A DNA stretch of 58,424 nt, filler included, from a bacterium (GTDB lineage Bacteria > UBA9089 > CG2-30-40-21 > SBAY01), in NCBI GenBank assembly GCA_040757115.1. It is 4 parts of 4 records of this genome, joined end to end, with 100 filler letters (N's around TTAATTAATTAA, not from the genome) between each part and the next. Parts side by side here need not be neighbours in the genome. Positions count along the whole stretch, not along the records: positions 14,921 to 29,549 come from JBFLYA010000091.1; 3 more parts are not named here. One strand, written 5' to 3'. The notes beneath the pieces are model-generated. The model had not been told where the DNA came from and searched no databases. It was given only the letters and a program-made list of their open reading frames with translations. The stretch's first letter is position 1; every line of letters starts with the position of its first letter. A program made the position numbers and the translations under genes. Positions 18,783 through 29,649 of the stretch are shown one piece after another.

Positions 18783-18811
18783 ATAATAGTATATTTGAAT
18801 ACAAAAGTCAA
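18783..18811 (-). promoter_or_regulatory. Sigma70 promoter of the PIN TA operon, probably leaderless
   Basis: TTGACT-N17-TATTAT-N6-ATG; no SD. Confidence 0.6.
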
Positions 18812-18852
18812 ATAATAATTTTTTGGGCATCCATCTTACCCTAACGAAATTA

Positions 18853-19299
18853 GTAACCGTTCACCGCAGAGACACAGAGACGCAGAGAAAAAATTAAAAA
18901 CTATTTACCAGACGCAGAATTCCATCACGGATTTTCATCAGTGCAAGCTTTTGAGGACCGACATATCATGATTGATTAACAAATTTGGTTTTGATGTCCT
19001 ATGTAGGACAATGATTGCATCAATAATCTTTTCTGTTATCTGATTTATTTCCATGTCTTCTCTGTTCCTCTGCGTCTCTGCGGTAAATTACCACCTGAAC
19101 GGTTACAATTCGTGAACCGGGTTCGGGAGCCGTGTCCCTAAATTAGGCTGAAGGGTTTTTCTCCTGTTGTCCTCTGCCTTCTGCCCTCTGCTACTTATCT
19201 GTGCTAATCCGTGTTAATCAGTGGCTGAATAGTTACTTTATTTCTATGTCTTCTCTGTTTCTCTGCGTCTCTGCGGTAAAGGATTACCTGAACGGTTAC
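18853..19299 (-). mobile_element. Stack of GTAAC-TIR elements (type A 18853-19106; type C fragment to 19236; type A end to 19299)
   Basis: TGAA(C/T)(G/A)GTTAC termini at 19106, 19236, 19299; GxxExxY N-terminal remnant MEINQITEKII on the minus strand. Confidence 0.75.
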
Positions 19300-19305
19300 C
19301 CTTCC

Positions 19306-19674
19306 TTATAACTCTTCACTGTTCACTATCTTCTTTATCCTTGCATTTAAGTTTTTAAGTTCAAATGGCTTAAGTATGAATGCCGCCGCATCTAAATCTA
19401 TAACCGGGGATTCATCAGCCGCGACACTTAAAATAACAATGGGTATTTCTTTATATCTGTTTCTTATCTGGCTAAATAACTCTAAGCCATATTCTAATAA
19501 GGGAAGTTTCATATCATGGATGATGAGGTCATATTTTTGTTGGGCTAATGTTTCTAAAGCCTTCTCTGCTTCCTTAACCACAGTTATTAAATAACCCTGT
19601 TTTTCAAAATTGTATTTTAAAATCCTGGCTATCGGTGGGTCATCTTCAATAACTAAAATCTTTTTTTTATCCAT
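19306..19674 (-). CDS. Single-domain response regulator (receiver)
   Basis: ILVIEDD, DLIIHDMKLP, PIVILS, FILKPF. Confidence 0.9.
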   Translation of the reverse strand: MDKKKILVIEDDPPIARILKYNFEKQGYLITVVKEAEKALETLAQQKYDLIIHDMKLPLLEYGLELFSQIRNRYKEIPIVILSVAADESPVIDLDAAAFILKPFELKNLNARIKKIVNSEEL

Positions 19675-19745
19675 AGTTATTTTACTCCTTTGTGAACAGT
19701 GGGGACTGAAAAGTGAACAGGAAACAACTCTTCATTCTTCAGTGA

Positions 19746-21407
19746 CTACTCTTTCGGTAATGTAAAAATAAAGGAACTCCCTTTTCCGGGCTCACTCTCT
19801 ACCCAAATCTTACCTCCATGTGTCTCGATTATATGTTTTACCAGAGTTAAACCTAATCCCATACCTTTTGTTTCTCTGGTCATTGGGGATTCTAATTGAT
19901 AAAATGGGGTGAAAATTTCATCTAATTTATCTCTGGAAATTCCCTGCCCAGTATCACTCACACAAACTTTAATTTCATCTCCACTTCTTTCTGCGGCTAT
20001 CTTTACCTCTCCACCAGCTGGCGTAAATTTAATTCCATTTTCTATCAGATGTTCTACCGCAGTCTTAATTTTATGATAATCTCCAAATATCTGTGGTAAA
20101 TCCTTCGGAATATTAACAATTAATTTTATCTTCTTATCCTTTGCTATCTTTTCTAATCTGGTTTGCTCTTCTGGTTTTAAATGGTCAATTAACTCTGCGA
20201 CTAATTGAGACAAGTTAATTGCTCTCTTTCTCAAAGGAATATGTTTAATATCCAGCTCACTCAGCATAAGTATCTGGTTAATTTCTCGAGTTAAGGCATC
20301 ACTCTCTGAATTAATTATTTCTAAAAACTCTTTTTCCTCCTCTGGGGTTTCCTCACCATCTAATAATGTTTCTGTGTATGCCTTGATAGAAGAAAGTGGT
20401 GTTCTCAATTCATGGCTAATTAAGGATAAAAAGTTACTCCTCATACGGGCAAGCAATTCTTCAGAAGTTACATCTCTGGAAACAATCACGACACCCATTA
20501 CTTTATTATGACTATTTTTTAAAGAGGTCATTTTTAATGTTAAAATTTCTTTTTTATGAGTAGCCGGATTAGTTATTTCTATTTCTTCTTCGGTAAGATG
20601 ATTTTCTATGATTGCCTCTTTCAGTAGCGTTGGCAGTTTTTCATCCTGAATAAATTCAATTATTGATTTATTTAGCATCTCACCATCAGTATGTCCTAAC
20701 ATCTGTTGTGCGACGGAATTAACCATCTGTATTTTTAAGTCAACATCCGTGACAATTAAACCATCAGCCATATTATTTATGATATTCTCAAGAAAATCTT
20801 TAGTAAATTTTTCTCTGGACTTACTTTTATCCAGTTCACTAATCTTTTCCCTGATTACTTTGCCCAGATAACCGCTAATAAATACGGTAACATAGAAAAA
20901 GGCACTATTCAGTCCTAATAAACAAAATGTATAAAAATTACTATCATAAATACAACCGACAATAGGGACGACATGGCGATGAGGAATAATCCCTAAATAT
21001 TCTAAGAGGATAAAGAAGGTGTAGGAGAAAATAATGATGGTCGTGATTACCATAGTTACTCTTAATCCTGAAACAATTCCACAGGCAAGGATGTAAAAAA
21101 ATACCAGAGGCGTAAGGAAACTTTCTATACCTCCTGTGACATAGATACATGCTAATATCAGAAAGAAATCAAATATCCTTGATAGATATAGGAGTAACAA
21201 TAAGACTCTTTCGTATTTTATCAGGAAGATACAAATGATACCTCCTATATAGGATATCAGGGTGAGAATCATTATTGGTCTTACCGGGAAGGCTATCCAA
21301 AAATAGTTAATGATGATGGTTATACCCAGAACTAATGTAGTAATAATGAGGCGGTGTCGATTGTATGCCTTAAGAATTTTTATCATTTGAGTATTATCTA
21401 ATTTCAT
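19746..21407 (-). CDS. Membrane PAS-domain sensor histidine kinase
   Basis: N-terminal TM helices, PAS (NMADGLIVTD), SHELRTPL H-box, ENGIKFT, DTGQGI, GMGLGL. Confidence 0.92.
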   Translation of the reverse strand: MKLDNTQMIKILKAYNRHRLIITTLVLGITIIINYFWIAFPVRPIMILTLISYIGGIICIFLIKYERVLLLLLYLSRIFDFFLILACIYVTGGIESFLTPLVFFYILACGIVSGLRVTMVITTIIIFSYTFFILLEYLGIIPHRHVVPIVGCIYDSNFYTFCLLGLNSAFFYVTVFISGYLGKVIREKISELDKSKSREKFTKDFLENIINNMADGLIVTDVDLKIQMVNSVAQQMLGHTDGEMLNKSIIEFIQDEKLPTLLKEAIIENHLTEEEIEITNPATHKKEILTLKMTSLKNSHNKVMGVVIVSRDVTSEELLARMRSNFLSLISHELRTPLSSIKAYTETLLDGEETPEEEKEFLEIINSESDALTREINQILMLSELDIKHIPLRKRAINLSQLVAELIDHLKPEEQTRLEKIAKDKKIKLIVNIPKDLPQIFGDYHKIKTAVEHLIENGIKFTPAGGEVKIAAERSGDEIKVCVSDTGQGISRDKLDEIFTPFYQLESPMTRETKGMGLGLTLVKHIIETHGGKIWVESEPGKGSSFIFTLPKE

Positions 21408-21426
21408 TTTTTATCCTCTAATAAAT

Positions 21427-21455
21427 ATTATATCAAATAATTATTCTAAATGCAA
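21427..21455 (-). promoter_or_regulatory. Sigma70 promoter of the kinase/receiver genes
   Basis: TTGCAT-N17-TATAAT with TGn. Confidence 0.6.
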
Positions 21456-21493
21456 CAAAATTTTTCCACCTGTGCGGTTAGGGTGAGAAAAAG

Positions 21494-21730
21494 GTAACTG
21501 TTCAGATAGTAATTCACCGCAGAGACGCAGAGAAACAGAGAGGAAAATATCTTTTTTTTTCGTGTTTTTCGGTGTTTAAAAAAGTTTAAAAACAGTTAGG
21601 TGAAAGTAAGTATTAAAAGATTAATAAACAACGAAAGACCCGAAATGCACAAAAAAAGGAAATTTCTGTCTCTGGTGAATAGATTTTAATTTTTTCTCTG
21701 CGTCTCTGTGTCTCTGCGGTGAACGGTTAC
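21494..21730 (+). mobile_element. GTAAC-TIR element type B (intact), inside an outer imperfect IR (ACCTGTGC ~21468 / GCACAGGT ~21811)
   Basis: GTAACTGTTCAG...GTGAACGGTTAC; body shared with 40828-41076. Confidence 0.8.
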
Positions 21731-21872
21731 CTTTTTCCGCTAAATCCGTTAAATCCGCTTACAAAATCCACCCGCTTACTATTAAAATCTGCTTCCTTAA
21801 TTTTCTACCTGCACAGGTCGAAATTTTTCTTGACTTTTTTGTATATAATGATAAAATGAATAAGAATTATGG

Positions 21873-22148
21873 GTAACCGTTCAGGTGGTAATTTACCGCA
21901 GAGACGCAGAGGAACAGAGAAGATATGGAAATAAATCAGATAACATAAAAGATTATTGAGGCAGATATGGAAATACATCGGACCTGCTTGCCGAATGTTC
22001 AGCAGGCAAGCCAGATTGGTTAATCAATTTTAATGTTGCTGAACTCAAGAGCTTACCCTGATGAAAATCAGGGAGGGAATTGTTGCCTCTCGTCCATAGA
22101 TTTTAATTTTTTTCTCTGCGTCTCTGTGTCTCTGCGGTGAACGGTTAC
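21873..22148 (+). mobile_element. GTAAC-TIR element type A (GxxExxY remnant) in the 5' region of the glycosyltransferase operon
   Basis: MEINQIT*KII...EIHRT and WLINFNVAELK remnants; lies between TTGACT-N16-TAAAAT (21830-21857) and the GGAGG RBS. Confidence 0.8.
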
Positions 22149-22169
22149 ACGGAGGTTTATTGAGAAGAT

Positions 22170-23291
22170 ATGAGAAGACTTAATATCTTACAAATTAGTT
22201 CTTCTTTGGGCTGGGGTGGACGCGAGATGTATCCAATTACCTTATCACAAAAATTATTGGAAAGGGGACATAACCTTAATCTCATTGCTCATCCTGAAGG
22301 CAATATTTTGAAAAGAGCCGTCCCGGCTAAAATCCCAACCATACCGATGAATATCCACAAATATATTGATATTAAATCTATCTTTACCTTAGCCAGAATT
22401 ATAAAAAGAGAAAACATAGAAATCATTCATTCTCACTTTGCTACAGACCTGTGGATAATAGTGCCAGCGGCTATTCTCTCTAGCATAAATCCAGCGGTCA
22501 TCTTAACCAGACATATGAAGTCCCATCGAAGTAAAAAGGATATTGGACATCGATTAATCTATAATTATGTTAGTAAGGTAATTGCTAACTCAGAATTAGT
22601 AAAAGAGTGTCTTCTTGAAAGTCATCCATTAACTCAGGAGAAAATACCAGTTATTTATTATGGATTAGATTTGACAAAATATGACCCGAGGCGATATAAT
22701 GGTATGCAGATAAAACAGGAATTTAATATTGATAATAAAACTAAAGTAGTTGGTATTGTTGGGCGATTAGAGCCGGGTAAAGGACAGGAGTATTTTTTAC
22801 AATCGGCAAAACTAATTCTTAAGTCCTATCCAGAGGTTATACTATTAATTGTAGGCGAGGATATAGGAGCTAAAGGATATAAAAGTTATCTGATTAATCT
22901 GGCACAAGAGTTAGGTATTTCTGAAAAGGTTATATTTACTGGTCAAAGAGATGATATTCCAGAAGTAATGGCGGCACTGGATGTATTTGTCTTTACATCT
23001 AAAGCCGAGGCGTTTGGGTTAGTGTTAATTGAAGCAATGGCGATGTGTAAGCCAATTGTCGGTTTTCGGACAGGGGCAATAGAGGAAATAATCGAAGATG
23101 GGATAAATGGGATATTAATTCCTTTTGGAGATGTTACAGCATTAGCGAATAAAATTCTTAATTTGCTTATGGATACTCAAAAAGCAACAAATATGGGCAA
23201 AGAAGGAAGAAGGATAACTGAGGAAAAATTTGATTTAGACCATGCAGTTACACTGACAATAAAACTTTATGAGGAGGTGCTAAGTGATTGA
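22170..23291 (+). CDS. Glycosyltransferase family 4
   Basis: WGGRE, VGRLEPGKGQ, EAFGLVLIEAMA motif. Confidence 0.92.
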   Translation: MRRLNILQISSSLGWGGREMYPITLSQKLLERGHNLNLIAHPEGNILKRAVPAKIPTIPMNIHKYIDIKSIFTLARIIKRENIEIIHSHFATDLWIIVPAAILSSINPAVILTRHMKSHRSKKDIGHRLIYNYVSKVIANSELVKECLLESHPLTQEKIPVIYYGLDLTKYDPRRYNGMQIKQEFNIDNKTKVVGIVGRLEPGKGQEYFLQSAKLILKSYPEVILLIVGEDIGAKGYKSYLINLAQELGISEKVIFTGQRDDIPEVMAALDVFVFTSKAEAFGLVLIEAMAMCKPIVGFRTGAIEEIIEDGINGILIPFGDVTALANKILNLLMDTQKATNMGKEGRRITEEKFDLDHAVTLTIKLYEEVLSD

Positions 23292-24360
23292 GCGGGTATT
23301 AATTATTAATTTTGGCGGACTGGGGGATATGGTTTATACCACCCCTATTTTTAGAGAGCTCAAAAGAAATCTACCAGATTGCTATCTTATCTTTTTGACC
23401 GAACCACCTTATGCCGAGGTATTTATTAATAACCCCTATATTGATGAATTAATTCTTTTTAATAAAAAGGACTACCGCCTGCGTGATGCCCTCAAATTCT
23501 ATCGAAAATTAAAGAGGAAAAACTTAGACCTGGTTATAGACCTGACTAAAGGTGCTCGGGGCGCCTTTATTACCTGGATGACAGGTGCTGAAAAACGCGT
23601 CGGATTCAAACATAAAGGCAGAGAATTATTTGCTTATAATGTCTGGGTAACAAGAGATAATACAAAGACCATTTGCCCTAATTCAAAATATGTTGTTGAA
23701 TTCTTTTTAGATACATTACGGGCATTAGGGATGAAGGTAGAAGATTTGAGTTTGAGATTATATCCGGGTAAAAAGGATTGGAGTGTGGTCAGGGATTTTT
23801 TAATAAATAAAAAAATAGATTGGACAAAACCAATTATTGGCTTAAATCCTAATGTCAGTATCAAATTACGGGAGTGGCAGCCAGAGGGATTTGCCGAAAC
23901 AGGAGATAGATTAGTTGAGCAATATGGTGCAAATATTATACTTATACAAGCACCTAATCAGGAAAAGATGGTCTCATCAATAATTAAAAAAATGCACACA
24001 TCTCCCTTTATTGCCTCTGGGTTTACTATCAAGCAATTGACTTTATTGATTTCTAAATTTTCACTATTGATTACGGTTGATACGGGAATAAAACCTCTTG
24101 CCGTAGCAATGGATGTGCCAACGATTACCTTATTTGGTCCAACTAATTATATTAATTATACCCCAACTTCTGGCAAACATCTTGTTGTCAGAAAAGACCT
24201 GCCTTGCAGTCCTTGTGGCAAATTCCATTGTGATAATCCAGAGTGTATGACATTGATTACACCTGAAAATGTATTAAGTAAAGTAGAGGAGATATTGGTA
24301 AGCGGAGTAAATTACAAAATTCCAAATCACAAATTCCAAAATACAAATAAATTCCAATAA
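23284..24360 (+). CDS. Glycosyltransferase family 9 (heptosyltransferase-like)
   Basis: GLGDMVYTTP, NPYIDE, DTG, PTITLFGPT, CSPC...C...C; tail is low-complexity repeat sequence. Confidence 0.9.
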   Translation: MIERVLIINFGGLGDMVYTTPIFRELKRNLPDCYLIFLTEPPYAEVFINNPYIDELILFNKKDYRLRDALKFYRKLKRKNLDLVIDLTKGARGAFITWMTGAEKRVGFKHKGRELFAYNVWVTRDNTKTICPNSKYVVEFFLDTLRALGMKVEDLSLRLYPGKKDWSVVRDFLINKKIDWTKPIIGLNPNVSIKLREWQPEGFAETGDRLVEQYGANIILIQAPNQEKMVSSIIKKMHTSPFIASGFTIKQLTLLISKFSLLITVDTGIKPLAVAMDVPTITLFGPTNYINYTPTSGKHLVVRKDLPCSPCGKFHCDNPECMTLITPENVLSKVEEILVSGVNYKIPNHKFQNTNKFQ

Positions 24361-24372
24361 CCAAAATTCAAA

Positions 24373-24789
24373 GTAACTATTCAGCCACAGATGGACACGG
24401 ATGAAACACTGAAAATTCGTAATCTGTGTCCGTTTTCCGTGTCCGTAATTAGGCTGAAGGGTTCTTCTGAAAATCGGGACTCGGGACTCGGGGTTCGGGA
24501 CTCGGGAAGGCTGGTAGGCGCACGACCCATGCTCTGCATGGGTGCCCCGAGCCTGATTTCATCTGTGTCAGTGGAGGAAATTTCTACCCCCTAACCCCCG
24601 CCAGCGGGGGATAATCGATTCTGAAATATTCACCAAATGAGGTAGTCATCCCTAACCCCCGCCAGCGGGGGATAATCCGCCTCTGACCTCTGTCTTCTGT
24701 CTCCTCTGCCCTCTGCCTTCTGCCCTCTGCCTTCTGCCCTTTGCTATTTATCCGTGTCAATCTGTGTTAATCCGTGGCTGAATAGTTAC
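24373..24789. mobile_element. GTAAC-TIR element type C filled with CGGGACT and CTCTG(A/C/T)C heptamers and duplicated CCCCGCCAGCGGGG hairpins
   Basis: GTAACTATTCAGCCAC...GTGGCTGAATAGTTAC 16-bp inverted ends. Confidence 0.8.
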
Positions 24790-24791
24790 AA

Positions 24792-26039
24792 TTAGGATTT
24801 TCTGGGGTCAACAATATAGCCATTGATAGCCGAAGCGGCCGCAGTTGCTGGAGAGGATAAATAGATAAATCCTTCTGGATTACCCATTCTGCCTTTGAAA
24901 TTTCTGTTTTGAGTTGATAAACATACCTCGCCATCCCCTAATATTCCTTGATGGACACCAACGCACGGTCCACATCCTGGCGGATTTATTACTCCCCCGG
25001 CTTCAATAAATGTTTCGATTAATCCTTCTTGAATCGCCTGAAGAAAAATTTTTCTCGAGGCAGGTGTAATTAATAATCTTGATTTTATTTTTTTACCTTT
25101 CAATATCTTTGCCGCAATCCGTAAATCCTCTATTCGACCATTAGTGCAGGTGCCAATGAGCACCTGGCTCACCTTAACATCCTTCAATTCCTCAACTGCT
25201 TTGACATTATCTACGGTATGTGGCAAAGAGACCATTGGCTTAAGTGTTGAGACATCAATTTTAATCTCTTTTTCATATTTTGCATCTTCATCCGCGTAAA
25301 TTTCCTTAAATCCAGTATCACGATTATGTTCTTTCAGAAATTTATATGTTTTTTCATCCGAAGCAATTAATCCTACTTTTGCACCAGCCTCAACAGCCAT
25401 ATTGGCTAAGGTTAATCTATCGTTCATCTCCATATCTTTGATAGCCTGGCCTGAGAATTCTAAAGCCTTATAAGTGGCTCCATCAGCCCCAAGTAGCCCA
25501 ATTATGTATAAAATCACATCTTTAGCAAAAACCCCAGGGGGAAATTTTCCTTCGAGTTGAATTTTAAAGGTCTGCGGGACTTTAAACCAGGTTTTACCAA
25601 GGGCAATACCAACTGCGACATCCGTAGAGCCCATACCTGTGGCAAAGGCACAAAGTGCACCACCTGTGCAAGTATGTGAATCCGCACCAATTAAGATGTC
25701 CCCTGGATTGAGATAATCCTCAATAACTATCTGGTGGCAAACACCTTCTCCGACATCTGAGAGTTGAATTCCTGTTTTTTTAGCAAAATCGCGAAGAAAG
25801 TTATGGTCATTGGACAATTCTTTTTTCGGACTGGGTGCGGCGTGGTCGATAAAGAAAATTGTCTTTTTGGGATTTGCAACCTTTTCTAATCCTATTTTTT
25901 GGAGTTGACGGACGGCTAAAGGACCTGTCCCATCTTGAGTTAGACACAGGTTGACATTTACAACCACAAATTCCCCTGCCTTTATCTGTTGACCAACATT
26001 TAAAGAAATGATTTTTTCAGCTAAAGTTTGTCCCATCAC
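24792..26039 (-). CDS. leuC: 3-isopropylmalate dehydratase/homoaconitase large subunit (LeuC/HacA type)
   Basis: DSHTCT.G, IGTCTNGR, PGCGPCVG, STQNRNFKGRMG. Confidence 0.9.
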   Translation of the reverse strand: MMGQTLAEKIISLNVGQQIKAGEFVVVNVNLCLTQDGTGPLAVRQLQKIGLEKVANPKKTIFFIDHAAPSPKKELSNDHNFLRDFAKKTGIQLSDVGEGVCHQIVIEDYLNPGDILIGADSHTCTGGALCAFATGMGSTDVAVGIALGKTWFKVPQTFKIQLEGKFPPGVFAKDVILYIIGLLGADGATYKALEFSGQAIKDMEMNDRLTLANMAVEAGAKVGLIASDEKTYKFLKEHNRDTGFKEIYADEDAKYEKEIKIDVSTLKPMVSLPHTVDNVKAVEELKDVKVSQVLIGTCTNGRIEDLRIAAKILKGKKIKSRLLITPASRKIFLQAIQEGLIETFIEAGGVINPPGCGPCVGVHQGILGDGEVCLSTQNRNFKGRMGNPEGFIYLSSPATAAASAINGYIVDPRKS

Positions 26040-26086
26040 TACATCCTCCTCTGCTAAGTCGGAATTGGAAGTTCGGGAATAAAAGA

Positions 26087-26195
26087 ATTCCCCTAACCCC
26101 CTTTATTAAGGGGGAATATCTGTTCTACACCATAGGATACGAGTCTGTGGATACTATACTAATTCGCTAATCTCTAATTCACTAATTCGCTATTT
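26087..26195. repeat. CCCCCTTTATTAAGGGGG hairpin repeat and CTAATTC(G/A) octamer repeats
   Basis: Related hairpin inside the MITE at 56209-56364; octamers inverted at 32108-32143. Confidence 0.6.
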
Positions 26196-26220
26196 TCAGA
26201 GGAAATAGTAACTTGTTCTC

Positions 26221-27234
26221 TTATTTCCCGGACGGTAGGAATCCAAACTTTTCCTTAATCTTTTTCTCAATTTCATCTGCGATTTGCTTATTTTCTTCTA
26301 AGTATTTACGGGCATTGTCTTTGCCCTGTCCCAATTTTGTATCACCGTAAGAAAACCAGGTGCCGCTTTGTTGAATAATTTTTTCCTCTGCTCCAACCTC
26401 TAATAAACTTCCTTCATAGGATATTCCGCGGTCATACATAATGTCAAATTCAGCCGTTCTAAAAGGTGGTGCAACCTTATTTTTAACTACCTTTACCTTT
26501 GCTCGACTACCAATGACTTCTTCGCCTTTAAGAATTGGTTGAGTTTTTCGCATTTCCAATCTAACTGAGGAATAAAACTTTAATGCCCGACCACCTGGTG
26601 TTGTTTCAGGACTGCCAAACATAACACCAATCTTTTCGCGGATTTGATTGATGAAAATAGCGGTTGTCTTTGATTTACTGATGGTCGAAGTCAACTTTCT
26701 TAATGCTTGAGACATAAGTCTTGCCTGTAAACCAATATGTTGGTCACCCATTTCACCTTCTATCTCTGCTTTGGGAACTAAAGCCGCTACAGAATCAACG
26801 ATGATTATATCTACCGCGCCAGACCTGACTAAAGTATCGGCAATTTCTAATGCTTGTTCACCGGTATCCGGTTGAGAGATATAAAGATTATCTACATCTA
26901 CGCCTATTTTTTTAGCATATTCTGGGTCAAGGGCATGTTCGGCATCAATAAATGCGGCTATGCCGCCATTTCTTTGAGCCTGGGCGGCAATACTTAGACT
27001 TAAAGTTGTCTTACCCGATGATTCTTGTCCGAATATCTCTACCACCCTGCCTCTTGGCATACCACCTACACCTAAGGCAATATCCACGGCAATTGAACCC
27101 GTCGGGATAGCGGGAACCTTTTCTTTTGCCTGTTCTTCTCCCAGTCGCATAATTGCCCCGCGACCAAAGTGCCGCTCAATTTGAGTTAAGGCTAATTCTA
27201 ACGCCTTTTGCTTTTCACTTATTTCTTGTGCCAT
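26221..27234 (-). CDS. recA: Recombinase RecA
   Basis: [56 protein letters not shown] 27234 after AAGGAGG. Confidence 0.98.
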   Translation of the reverse strand: MAQEISEKQKALELALTQIERHFGRGAIMRLGEEQAKEKVPAIPTGSIAVDIALGVGGMPRGRVVEIFGQESSGKTTLSLSIAAQAQRNGGIAAFIDAEHALDPEYAKKIGVDVDNLYISQPDTGEQALEIADTLVRSGAVDIIIVDSVAALVPKAEIEGEMGDQHIGLQARLMSQALRKLTSTISKSKTTAIFINQIREKIGVMFGSPETTPGGRALKFYSSVRLEMRKTQPILKGEEVIGSRAKVKVVKNKVAPPFRTAEFDIMYDRGISYEGSLLEVGAEEKIIQQSGTWFSYGDTKLGQGKDNARKYLEENKQIADEIEKKIKEKFGFLPSGK

Positions 27235-27297
27235 CTCTTTAAAACCTCCTTTTTTTTGGTAATTGATTAGATGGTAACCGGTTAAATAGTTACTTTT

Positions 27298-27326
27298 ATT
27301 ATACAACATAAAAATTTGTATGTCAA
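27298..27326 (-). promoter_or_regulatory. Consensus sigma70 promoter of recA
   Basis: TTGACA-N17-TATAAT. Confidence 0.75.
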
Positions 27327-27564
27327 TCAAAAAAGTTTCGTTTCAGTTCTGAAGAGTAAATTTTCATGATTTTTATTTTTAAGATACACTTCGGGGACAA
27401 GATGGTAGGGGACATTAAAAAGGACAGTTCTCTCCTGTGTCTCCTGATATATCAAAATATTGGAGTCAAAAAAAAGATTGTTAATATGATAAAAATATGA
27501 TATGATATGATATGGATTAAAGAGGGAAAAAGAGGGGTTGCTGGAACAAAATAAGGTAGCAGTT

Positions 27565-28948
27565 CTAAGAAGAATCCAGGCGGATTTGGTAAGGTTGAGA
27601 CAGGTTTTTCAGGATATTATCTACCTCAATCAGTTGTCTGGTAAAGGCAAACAATAATCCCCTGGTGAAGTTCTTAAAACTACCAAAAACCTTGACAATG
27701 TTTTTAAGTCCATTGCCTTTGATCATTAGTTGTCTAATGGTATGAGCAATTTGCAGGAGAAGATGAAAACATTTGATCGCATTATAGTTTTGGCTATAAG
27801 CGTGTTCCAGCTCAAACCCCTCTTTTTTCTGAGCTTTAAATCCTTGATTTTCAATTTTCCATCGGCTTCGACCTCCTTGATTAGCTAAATGTTTGTAATT
27901 TGTCTTTGTAATCTTTGTCTTGCATATCCAGGTAAAAAAGGTCTTCTCCTCACCTTTCTTTCCTGAGGTTGTCTCTTGACATTCGAGGATATGAAGTTTA
28001 TGCCCTTCGTATTCAATATCATTAACCCAGTGAAAGTCCTGGCTGGTATTAGCATTGACTTGATGTGTCCCTTTATTTTCCGGACTAAGCTGGAGCAAAT
28101 TCTGAAATTCCTTGTAAACACTGGGCATACTACCTTCTTTAAATCGAATGATGTAAATCCAGCCATTTTTCTCTACTAAATCAAATACGGGTTTCCCTGC
28201 ATACAAGCTGTCAAATAACAAACAAAATTTGGTGCGAGGAAAATGTCCTTTCAACCTTTGAGCTAAACGATAAAAAGCCTTTAATTCACAATCTTGCCTA
28301 TCTAGATCTTGTGATTCATTTTCGACAAACTCAGTCAGGACTGGAATCGCAAAACCATCAGGAGTGACCAATTTTGCTTCTAAAACATAGTAGTAATATT
28401 CATAATGGGTTTGCCCATTTTCATCCTGGCTAATCTTTTTTCTTAAACAATGTTTGTATTTATCCGGATCTTTCTTATACTGGTCTTCAGTAATGGTTAT
28501 AGTTTTGGTACCATCAATAGCTATTAATATAGTATTGGTTTAACAACCGATACCTTTCTAATACCCTTTGTCGGATTAAACGTCGAATCATTTCTATACA
28601 GATTTTCTCTAAGTCGGTTGGAGACAATTTAACCAGAAGGTCAATTAATGTCCCGTGATGAGGCATCCTTTCCAGGCTATAGTCTTGAATACTTAAGAGA
28701 GGAAATAATGCTTTGAAATTAGCTAAGAATTCCTTCCCAAAGGTATAATCAATATTACGGCTGGAACCTAACTGAAACAGAAACAAAAACAAGCCTTCCC
28801 AGAATAAGATGCCTAACTCATAATCAGTCATATTTACCGAACGATGATCATGAATTTGCAAAACCTATTTTCCTATCTTAGGAAAGAAATGATGAATCGT
28901 CTTGGCAAATATCTCGGGTATTTTTTCGATTTGCTCTTCGTCCTTCAT
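27565..28948 (-). pseudogene. DDE transposase (IS4-superfamily/ISNCY-like) with an in-frame stop and a frameshift
   Basis: MKDEEQIEK...PKIGK*VLQIHDHR; frameshift near 28520 restores AIDGT; LLFDSLY; RWKIENQGFKAQK. Confidence 0.8.
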
Positions 28949-29321
28949 TAACTTTCCTCCTTCCTATTAATATTTCTCTATATTGGTTAAAGAGGGTATC
29001 TATTTTCCCATAGATTTTCCTCAAAGCAGAGAGTTTATCCTGGTATTGCATATAAGCTCTAACTTTTTTAACCGTAGCCTCATCGCTCTTCTTGCCTACA
29101 TACCGTTGTTTTAACTTTCCATTGACCTTTTGGCTTAGGTACAAGAAAGGACCGTGTTTTTCACCCCGTGTACACTTGCAATTACCTTTTCGACAAGCAG
29201 TATAAATTTGGAACAATGAACCTGCCTCCATTCTGGATCGGATTTGCATTAGACTGTTTTCCAAAAAACCCCTTTCTTTTTGCAATAGAGAGATTTTCTT
29301 CCTTATTTCTGATAAATCCAT
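28878..29321 (-). CDS. DUF6788-like transposase-associated protein
   Basis: GSL....TACRKGNCKCTRGEKHGPFLYL...GKLKQRYV; overlaps the transposase start. Confidence 0.7.
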   Translation of the reverse strand: MDLSEIRKKISLLQKERGFLENSLMQIRSRMEAGSLFQIYTACRKGNCKCTRGEKHGPFLYLSQKVNGKLKQRYVGKKSDEATVKKVRAYMQYQDKLSALRKIYGKIDTLFNQYREILIGRRKVNEGRRANRKNTRDICQDDSSFLS

Positions 29322-29649
29322 ACCAATTCCTCCTTTCTAATAAATCATAATAGTATATATATTATATACTATTATGATTATACCATAAAAAGTGTAAAAA
29401 TACAAATATTTTTTTAAAAAAATTTCGACCTGTGAAATAGGTTTTAAAGGAAAATGGAAAAACCTCCGATAATATATATATCCAGTAAAAACAAAGACTG
29501 GCTATGTAAAAAAGAGGGGGTTAGGTAAAATGAGAAACAAAATGAAGATNNNNNNNNNNNNNNNNNNNNNNNNNNNNNNNNNNNNNNNNNNNNTTAATTA
29601 ATTAANNNNNNNNNNNNNNNNNNNNNNNNNNNNNNNNNNNNNNNNNNNN

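Noticed and set aside
27274-27293. GTAAC-N10-GTTAC palindrome between the recA promoter and start as an SOS box
   Set aside because: It matches two fused termini of the genome-wide GTAAC element; an operator role cannot be supported from sequence alone
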